A stretch of DNA of 58,288 nucleotides, the filler included, from an uncultured bacterium (GTDB taxonomy: Bacteria; Hinthialibacterota; Hinthialibacteria; Hinthialibacterales; Hinthialibacteraceae): NCBI GenBank assembly GCA_964449065.1. It is 3 parts of 3 records of this genome, joined end to end, with 100 filler letters (N's around TTAATTAATTAA, not from the genome) between each part and the next. Parts side by side here need not be neighbours in the genome. Positions count along the whole stretch, not along the records: positions 39,299 to 58,288 come from CAYVAZ010000060.1; 2 more parts are not named here. One strand, given 5' to 3'. Below, piece by piece: positions 50,734 through 58,288 of this stretch. Position 1 is the first letter of the stretch, and each line of letters begins with the position of its first letter. Both the position numbers and the translations under genes were made by a program. The notes under the pieces were generated by a model that did not search any database, was not told where the DNA came from, and saw nothing but the letters and a program-made list of their open reading frames with translations.

Positions 50734-52499
50734 CACGTTTCATTGATATTGTCCACACGTTCCCGCATCGCGTTCATCAACACCGCCGCTCTTTCCTTGT
50801 AGGTATGCCGGCTTAAAACACGGTTTCGTGCGCGTTCAACACATTGATCTCTTTCCTCTTTATGGACCAAGAAATAATCAACGATCTTTTGCAACTCCAC
50901 AAATGACCGGTAAAAAAACACATCCGGTTGTTTGCTCTCTTCCAAAGGCAAATCCGTTGCAAACCCCGGCTGAAAAATCTCTTCCGCCCGCGGCAGCCAA
51001 TCGGATACCAAAAATCCACCCGACGCCGGAACGTCAAAATCCCGAACATTCATACAGGTATAGGTTTGCAAACTATGGATATTCAGCGTGATGGCTGCAT
51101 TGCGGTACACTTCAAACAAATGCTTATAATGCAATACCCCCTTATAACACCGCTTGGCAACTGCATCCGGCAGCCACTTCAGCCACGCCTCATTTCCGTA
51201 AATCCGCAGGTCGTACTGGGCAAGAGATTGGATCACCTGCACACGAAAGCGCGTGTTTGCCTCCCACAAAATCTTTTGCTTCAATTCATCAAACAAATCC
51301 ATCGCGATCTCTTCCGGTTTTGGGAATTGGTGCAGCACCTCATACACATCCTTGCGGGGGAAGCGAAGTTTCTCGGCAATGACTCTCTCAACATACGCTT
51401 TCCAGGCGGGTGACAGCCGCGCAAAAAAAGCCGATTGATCCCGAACTTGTCCCACAAACACAATATCGCATTTGTGTTTGCCTCTGCGTTTCCCCCTTCG
51501 GATATTTGTCACGGCGCCGGGCAGATACCGGACATTTTTTGCCCCATACCGCTTGAGCGTATTTTGCCAGCCATAATCCGCCGCCCAATGCGACTCATCC
51601 TCCGTGATGCGGTACCGCTCCAACAAATGCTCCGCGTATATCGGGTCGTCCGCGTGCCATATAAACTTAGGAATAGGCAGCGACCGGCTCAACTCTCTTC
51701 CCAACGCGAACTCATAAACCGGACTCTTATTACACAAAAAGATGATATTGGGTTTAAACTCAGCCAGTTTTATGATGCGGTAATACGGAGGGTAATACTC
51801 CCCATCAACCATTGTCGTATATTCCGTTTCACAGCCCAGTTCGTTCCAATAATGAAACAGTGTTCGCAGCAACGCGTGTTGGATGGTCGAATACTTTTGC
51901 TTCCCCCGCAAATCTTCATAACACCATATCCGCAGAGGCGATTTTGGAATATGTTGCAAGGTGTCAGGGAGTTGCTCTATGCCTTGTTGCAAGCGTTGTT
52001 TTTCGCTTTGCATTTCTCTTCGAATATACCGTTCGATAGATTGGTTCTTAACTGCTGGTGTAAGATGAAAAAAAGCGGGCTGTGCCGCGGCATAGCAATG
52101 CGTTTTTTTCCAAATGGATTCCAACTGTTTCTGCCAACCATCACCAACCGCCCAAAAGATTTTTTGATTCATGAACAAAGGATGTATATCACATTGATTT
52201 AGGAGCGTGAAAAAGGATTGAATATCAGGCTCTATGATGAAAATCCCCCGGTTCTTATTTGTAATATCGGCAGATACATTGAATAGCGTATCATCATATC
52301 CAACACCAATAAAATAAGCGAAATCCATCCCTTCCCGCAGCCGCGTTGCAACGGCTTCCGTTTGACCGGTTTCCCGCAGACCGGTAGAAGTGTATGAATC
52401 CGGAAACGTCTCATCAGGGAAGAGTGATGAATATAACGCGGGATGATGCTTGCGCAGTTTCGAAAGATTCTTTTCCGCCATTGCATTCATGTGGAACAA
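50718..52499 (-). CDS. CgeB-like glycosyltransferase with Maf-like N-terminal region
   Basis: [30 protein letters not shown] and HTYKER motifs. Confidence 0.8.
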
Positions 52500-52684
52500 A
52501 CCCGATAATCCATGTACACTTTACTGTAGTCGTTTGCAACTCATGTTCGTTTGAGAGGGCGAGCCCCCCCACCGGGATGGCAGCACTCGCTTGCGTTCAA
52601 TTAGAACAGAATTTGGAAACCGTTATTCTTTCATCTAGGTACGATGAAACCGTTAAACGAATCCAAAAAGCAATGGTGATAAGT

Positions 52685-52999
52685 ATGACAGAGACATCCA
52701 GATTGGAAACCCTCAAACAAATGGTCGAGCAGGAACCCGATGACGAATTCTCCCGCTACGGCCTGGCCTTGGAATACAAAAAAATCGGTGAGGTTGAAGA
52801 GAGCCTAAAACACTTTACGATCCTCATCGAAAGAAAACCGGATTACGTTCCGGGGTATTTCATGTCCGGGCAACTACTCGCGGAAGAAGGCCGAATCGAT
52901 GAAGCCAAAGCACGCTTGAAAGAAGGAATCCGCGCTGCCGAACGTTCCAACGACCAACATGCCGTAATGGAAATGACGGAAGTCTTAGACACGCTGTAA
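52685..52999 (+). CDS. Small TPR protein
   Basis: RLETLKQM..EPDDEFSRYGLALEY..PDYVPGYF. Confidence 0.85.
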   Translation: MTETSRLETLKQMVEQEPDDEFSRYGLALEYKKIGEVEESLKHFTILIERKPDYVPGYFMSGQLLAEEGRIDEAKARLKEGIRAAERSNDQHAVMEMTEVLDTL

Positions 53000-53012
53000 C
53001 CGAATACGATTT

Positions 53013-54413
53013 ATGCAAGCACACTTGTTTTCCCTCTCTTCGGATACCCAAAAACTGCTGCCGTTTATGATCATCGTGATCGGATTGGCAGCGGTGGGCG
53101 CTTTATTCCCCCCTTACTCACCCTTTGCCGTGTTGGCTTTGGTGGCGGGATCCATCGTTTTGGTCGCCCGCCCCGATATCGCTTTCGCCTGCTATTTCGC
53201 GGTGCAAACGCTGCTCTCCGAAGATATCTTAATGGTCAATGAGCAACTCGCCCCCACACTGTACCGCATCAACCTGCCTTACATCGGCGTGAATGCGTTT
53301 GAAGTGGCAGTAGTCTTATTGCTGGTGGTCACCGCCTTACAACGGCAGGGACGGTTTTATGGAACTGGACTTGATCCATCTGTGAAGTTATTTGGCTTTG
53401 CCTGCGTTATGGGCTACATCACCTGTATCGTCCTCTATCACGAGCCCGGCCGCCTGTTTGAACCGCGCCGCCTCTTACACTTTTTCATCGCCTATTTTCT
53501 CACAGTCAATTTGATTCGCACCAAAGAATCGCTGCGATGGTTTTTGTTGATTTACGCTCTCGCCATCATCCTCAAATCGGTTCAGGGAATGTACCTCTTT
53601 TACGGCGGCGAAGGCTTGCAGGTCAAATGGAAAATCCGCGCCATCTTTACCGGCTGGGGCGATTCCCTCAATTTCATGACCTACCTGCTGTTTTTGACCC
53701 TCTTCATGCTGGACCGCGTTCATATCCCCAAACGCTGGTTCTTTTTATTGTGCACGCCATTCGTGATGTACTGCTTTTTATTCGCGTACAAACGGGCCTA
53801 TTATGTGGCGTTGGCCGCGGGATTGTTTGTCATGTTTTTCCTGCTCGGCAAGAAAGACAAACTGCGCTTTCTCGGCTTGGCATGTGCCGGCGCGGTTCTA
53901 TTATTTGCGGTTATCACCGCCGCCGGGCAGTGGGAAGCCATTACCATGCGCATCGGCTCCATCTTTGAGCCCACCAAAGAAAGCAGCGCCAACTACCGCC
54001 TCATTGAATACCAAAACGCGCTCATCAGTATCAGCAAAAACCCCATCTTCGGCATCGGCCTGGGCGGCGTCATGCCGATGGAAATTCATCTCTCGCGCAC
54101 CAACCTGTTGGGGGTTCACAACACCTTCTTATGGGCGGCCGTCAAGATGGGCGTTTTCGGTCTGTTCACGTATCTGCTGTTAAACCTGGTGTTTATCAAA
54201 CAACTCCTACGGCAAAACAAAACGCTGCAAGACCCCTTTCTGCGCACACTTTCACGCGCCATCTTCTGCGTGCTGCTCGCGTTTTTAATGGCGCAGATGT
54301 TTGCTCCCATCTTTTCACAAATTCGTACCGCCACCTGGCTGGGTGTGATGATGGCAATTGGCATGATGCTGCCGAAAATAGATAGAGAATCCTCTTTCCG
54401 GCAGCACGTTTAA
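53013..54413 (+). CDS. O-antigen ligase family membrane protein
   Basis: Multi-TM; SANYRL, NPIFGIGLG and HNTFL motifs. Confidence 0.85.
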   Translation: MQAHLFSLSSDTQKLLPFMIIVIGLAAVGALFPPYSPFAVLALVAGSIVLVARPDIAFACYFAVQTLLSEDILMVNEQLAPTLYRINLPYIGVNAFEVAVVLLLVVTALQRQGRFYGTGLDPSVKLFGFACVMGYITCIVLYHEPGRLFEPRRLLHFFIAYFLTVNLIRTKESLRWFLLIYALAIILKSVQGMYLFYGGEGLQVKWKIRAIFTGWGDSLNFMTYLLFLTLFMLDRVHIPKRWFFLLCTPFVMYCFLFAYKRAYYVALAAGLFVMFFLLGKKDKLRFLGLACAGAVLLFAVITAAGQWEAITMRIGSIFEPTKESSANYRLIEYQNALISISKNPIFGIGLGGVMPMEIHLSRTNLLGVHNTFLWAAVKMGVFGLFTYLLLNLVFIKQLLRQNKTLQDPFLRTLSRAIFCVLLAFLMAQMFAPIFSQIRTATWLGVMMAIGMMLPKIDRESSFRQHV

Positions 54414-54415
54414 TC

Positions 54416-54736
54416 TTATTGACGGCTCACATGATTGGGGTCGCCAAACACCGGCTCGCCTTGTTCCCAAATACACACAAAATTGCGGCTGCCAAGATCT
54501 TCCTGATCCTGTTCAATAATGCCGCCGGGTGTCATCCCCTCTTTGCGGTTTTTAATTCGGGGTTCATCGCCGGGCAAGATTTGACGCCACACTTCATATC
54601 CGGTCTTGATTTTGGATACGGCAAAGGTGAGACGCTGCTGTACGAACCGGTCCACGATCGGTTCGATATCGTCTTTGGAAAGACGTTTAGAGACCAACAC
54701 TCGAATTTCATCTTCAAACGATTTTTTCGGTTTCAT
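54416..54736 (-). CDS. Hypothetical protein
   Basis: GGAGG RBS before the start region; ~106-aa ORF. Confidence 0.6.
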   Translation of the reverse strand: MKPKKSFEDEIRVLVSKRLSKDDIEPIVDRFVQQRLTFAVSKIKTGYEVWRQILPGDEPRIKNRKEGMTPGGIIEQDQEDLGSRNFVCIWEQGEPVFGDPNHVSRQ

Positions 54737-55303
54737 TCGCAAAACCTCCTTTGTCTGGTTTGATACAGCCCAGACCGCTGGATTTTGCCTAATCTATCCT
54801 CCCTAGTCGCTCCATTCGTTCACTCCTTACATGAACTTACATATATTATATATGACCGAATTTAAAATCAGCAACATTATTTTTTTTAAAACGAAATCCT
54901 GAGCACTACGAACTGTCCCCACAATACATCCATACAAAGTAGGCGCTGTCACGGTATACCTTTAAGTGTAGAATAATAAAGGGTTTGCGAAAATTTCAAG
55001 TTCGTTTGAAAAGAGAAAGCCGAATGGGGTTGATGAAGAAATCTTTTTCTTGTAAAAAGTTGTCTGCAAATGCAATCAAACTTTAGGTTGTTATCGGGGA
55101 AAATATATAAAACTCTTTCTTTTGCTTATACCATTCATCTGTTAAATCTTGAATCGCTTAAAAATGTATACAAAGAAATTTCATTTCCATCAAGGTTTGG
55201 CGTAATTGTTTTAGGGTTTTTTATAAAAACAATGAGTGATAGTTGAAAATACAGTTGAATGCTTATATAACAATACAATATACTAAAAATCGGCTAAATC
55301 GAA

Positions 55304-55855
55304 ATGGATAATTTATTTTGGGGAATTCTTTGGAAACATTTGCGCAGTATTCCAGGCTTTTTGGTCGGAATCATAATTGCTTTGAGTGCCATCCCTTTAA
55401 AGTTGTTTTCCATTTCAAATGACTTTGAAATGCTGATTTGTTTACCGGTTATTGGTATTTTGGTATTGTTGTTGTTTTCATGCTACCTGGCGTATTGTGA
55501 TCTATATTCACGAAAAATATCAACGTTTCCAAAAGTGGTTCAAGCCCAAACAGGAATATACAGGCATTTAAAAAATCAAATTTTCTTGTTAGTGGAACCA
55601 TCCGAATTCTTTACGGAATAAACATATGTTACCATACATTACATAGATGAGGGGTTCGAAAAATTAATCGGCCTGGGTACTGTGTTAATTATTCAAAAAG
55701 ATGGTAAAATTCAGATTGAAATAGAAGAAGTAACAGAAGAATTTAAAGGTATCCAAGCCCGGCTTGAAAAAAATGACTTTAGTATACTTCAAAGACTTCA
55801 AGTATTTCCAACTCTTTCAAAGGCGCACTTTACATTCCATGTCAGAAAGGCCTGA
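55304..55855 (+). pseudogene. Two-TM membrane protein interrupted by in-frame TAA
   Basis: TAA at 55619-55621; frame stays open for 77 more codons (TYVTIHYIDEGFEKLIGLG..) to TGA 3 nt before the next gene. Confidence 0.75.
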
Positions 55856-55858
55856 ACA

Positions 55859-56239
55859 ATGAGATTCGTGAATCCTATTCCAGAAAAAGTATCTGTAAAA
55901 TATTCACGCATCATTGAAATCCTCGATGAAAACACTGCTGTTATTGACAGAGGAGCTGAAGAAGGAATAAACGTTGGTGATGTTTTTATCGTCTTTGGCG
56001 TTGAAGATATTGAAACGGTAAGCCCTGTCACCCAAAAAAAAATAGGATATTTTGAGCGGGTAAAAGGATTTGGAATAGCCGTACAACTCCAAGAAAAACA
56101 AGCAACGTTAGAATCTGCCAATGCAGATTATGTTAATGACACCCTATTCAGTAAAAAAGCAAATCAAAACCCTTACGAGAAGATCCCATTTCATGAATTG
56201 GAAATTGGTGATTTTGCAAAACCGGTTCAGATATCTTGA
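55859..56239 (+). CDS. Hypothetical protein, FlgT C-terminal-like beta-barrel
   Basis: VIDRGAEEGINVGDVFIVF..PVT..IG..E and IGD motifs. Confidence 0.6.
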   Translation: MRFVNPIPEKVSVKYSRIIEILDENTAVIDRGAEEGINVGDVFIVFGVEDIETVSPVTQKKIGYFERVKGFGIAVQLQEKQATLESANADYVNDTLFSKKANQNPYEKIPFHELEIGDFAKPVQIS

Positions 56240-57141
56240 ATCCGCAGCCCCTCATTATCCGCTTTCAAATAGCGCAATTCGGTTTCAATGCCATCCTTCT
56301 CAAACACGCTTCTCATGGCTTCTCCCACTTGCTCTTTATCCCGTTTGGTGATCGCCATCATCGTGGAGCCGGAGCCGCTCAAAAACCCGCCGATCGCCCC
56401 CGCTTCCCGCGCGGCTTGAATCACCTCAAACAAAGGCTTTAGCGCCGGGATATTCGCCTGCCGGTAGGTTTGGTGCAGGCAGTCGTTGAACAAATCCCCC
56501 ATGGCATCGTAATCTTGATTGGCAAAAGCCATGGACAAGAGGGCCGCGTGTTTGACGGATATTACGGCATCTTCACGGTAAATTTGGGGAGTGAATACCT
56601 CCCGCGCTTCATCGGTTTTTACATACGTATTCGGTGAGATGGCAACAAAATCGATCTCTTCCGGAACAACCACGCGGTAGCAATGATACTTTCCGTTTAT
56701 AATACCGGAAGCGGTCATCCCGCCATAAAACGATGCAGCCGTGTTGTCTGTACTTTTCTCCATTTCTTCCGCCAAACAGAGCAGTTCTTCATCCGGCACA
56801 TCCACATGCAGCGCCCGCTTTAAGCCAAAGAGAATAGAAAGCCGCATGGTACCGCTGCTGCCTAAGCCCCGGGCTAACGGTATATGATTTTCACTTTTTA
56901 AAATGAGCGGTTGGGGTGGAGTGCCGGTGCATTCAAAGAATAAATTCGCCGCTTTCAACACCAATGGCAAGCAGTCATGCTTAAGAGAAGGATCCATGCC
57001 CGAAATGATCTCAAAATCATTCCGCTCAGCCGGGCAAATCAATTCAAAGCGGTTCACCAGGTTAAGCGCGATGGCCAGTGTATCGAATCCAGGCCCCAGG
57101 TTGGCGGTCGATGCGGGAACAAAGATATCCAGATGACTCAT
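56227..57141 (-). CDS. thrB: Homoserine kinase
   Basis: PASTANLGPGFD, PLARGLGSS and LSGSGS motifs. Confidence 0.93.
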   Translation of the reverse strand: MSHLDIFVPASTANLGPGFDTLAIALNLVNRFELICPAERNDFEIISGMDPSLKHDCLPLVLKAANLFFECTGTPPQPLILKSENHIPLARGLGSSGTMRLSILFGLKRALHVDVPDEELLCLAEEMEKSTDNTAASFYGGMTASGIINGKYHCYRVVVPEEIDFVAISPNTYVKTDEAREVFTPQIYREDAVISVKHAALLSMAFANQDYDAMGDLFNDCLHQTYRQANIPALKPLFEVIQAAREAGAIGGFLSGSGSTMMAITKRDKEQVGEAMRSVFEKDGIETELRYLKADNEGLRIQDI

Positions 57142-58288
57142 CGGCTTTCGATGAACTCCTTAATACGCTGGACCCCTTTTTCGATGTTGTCCATCGATGT
57201 CGCGAACGAAAAGCGGATGTATTCTTCGTTTTCGCCTTGGTTGCGGCGCCCAAAGCAGGTCCGCGGCAAGACGGCAACATCGGCTTCATACAGCAATGCC
57301 TGCTGCAATTCATTCGCGTTTTTGTAGCCCAAATTCCGGCAGGCTTCCGTCACATTCGGGAAGGTATAAAACGCGCCTTGCGGAGGCAGGCAGCGAACGC
57401 CTTTGATGTTGTTCAGCAAATCAGTAATGACCCGGCCGCGCTCTTTAAACTGTTTCACCATATTCAGCGACTCTTCCTGCGAGCCATCTAATGCCTGCAC
57501 CGCGGCGATTTGTGAAAACGAGCAGGTGCAACTGTCGATATTGGTCTCGATTCGGGCTAATTGCTTGGCCATGTCTCCATTCATATACCCAAAACCCAAG
57601 CGCCATCCGGTCATGGCGTACGTCTTTGAGAATCCATCCACGATCACCGTGCGCTCTTTCATCCCCGGATACGAAACCAGCGAATGAAACTCACCGTCAA
57701 ACACAATCTGCGAATAAATCTCATCCGCGATTACCCACAAATCATGCTTCACCGCCAGTCGTGCGACTTCTTCCAGCGCGGCAGGTTCAATCATGGTTCC
57801 GGTCGGGTTACCGGGTGAGTTAAGAATGATCAACCGCGTTTTTGACGTAACGCGGTCGGCGAGTTCTTGCACGTTAAAACTAAAGTTATTTTCTTCCAAT
57901 AGCGGCAGCGGCACCGCTTTGCCTCCCACCCACTCAATCACCGATTCATAAATCGGGAAGCCGGGATTGGGGTACAATACTTCATCGCCTGGATTCACCA
58001 CCGCCATCATCGTATCAAACAAAATCGGCTTCGCGCCGGGAGTAACCACCACTTCTTCCGGCTTGGTATCAATATGCCGTGTCCGTGCGATATAGAGGGC
58101 AATGGCATCACGTAGCTGCGGCAATCCGGCGCTGGGGCCATAATGCGTTTCATTGGCATCCAAGGCTTGTTTAGCGGCTTCTTTCACATGCTTAGGAGAA
58201 TCAAAATCCGGTTCGCCGATTCCGAACGAAATAATATCCTTCCCCTGCGCTTTGAGCGCGTTCACTTCCGCCAGCACCTCAAACGCGG
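57138..58288 (-). CDS. PLP-dependent class I/II (aspartate) aminotransferase, 5' truncated by window
   Basis: GEPDF, NSPGNPTG, DEIY and GFSKTYAMTGWRLG motifs. Confidence 0.95.
   Translation of the reverse strand, partial: AFEVLAEVNALKAQGKDIISFGIGEPDFDSPKHVKEAAKQALDANETHYGPSAGLPQLRDAIALYIARTRHIDTKPEEVVVTPGAKPILFDTMMAVVNPGDEVLYPNPGFPIYESVIEWVGGKAVPLPLLEENNFSFNVQELADRVTSKTRLIILNSPGNPTGTMIEPAALEEVARLAVKHDLWVIADEIYSQIVFDGEFHSLVSYPGMKERTVIVDGFSKTYAMTGWRLGFGYMNGDMAKQLARIETNIDSCTCSFSQIAAVQALDGSQEESLNMVKQFKERGRVITDLLNNIKGVRCLPPQGAFYTFPNVTEACRNLGYKNANELQQALLYEADVAVLPRTCFGRRNQGENEEYIRFSFATSMDNIEKGVQRIKEFIESR

Noticed and set aside
54760..55300. ncRNA or riboswitch in the long AT-rich intergenic region
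   Set aside because: No recognisable conserved motif or strong hairpin by eye; an Rfam search would be needed

Overview
58.3-kb bacterial draft-genome window made of three pieces joined by artificial 100-nt N spacers with a TTAATTAATTAA core (19566-19665, 39199-39298); adjacency across these gaps is not guaranteed. The organism is a diderm. The prepilin and C-terminal motif style suggests an uncultured lineage such as Ca. Hinthialibacterota/OLB16 (inference only). Housekeeping genes: tatB/tatC, groES/groEL, murF, ddl, a UbiD-family decarboxylase, proA, accB/accC, thrB and an aspartate aminotransferase. Also present are envelope glycosylation genes, many secreted proteins, two orphan prepilin-type genes, two short tandem secretins, three PIN-type toxin-antitoxin modules and REP/MITE-rich intergenic regions. 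Strongest candidate novel system (23.3-27.7 kb): an operon encoding a TPR protein, a Sec-exported Cys-rich precursor with an internal double-glycine-type leader, an exported hypothetical protein, and a signal-peptide-bearing C39 peptidase-DUF1573 gene split at a G_GGA_AAA site. Other highlights are a shared C-terminal [VI]x[DN]Wx[IV] tail on three unrelated secreted proteins, an integrase-less TA islet bracketed by a 175-bp duplication of the proA 3' end, and sigma-54-type promoter architecture at groESL. No rRNA, tRNA or CRISPR array was seen.
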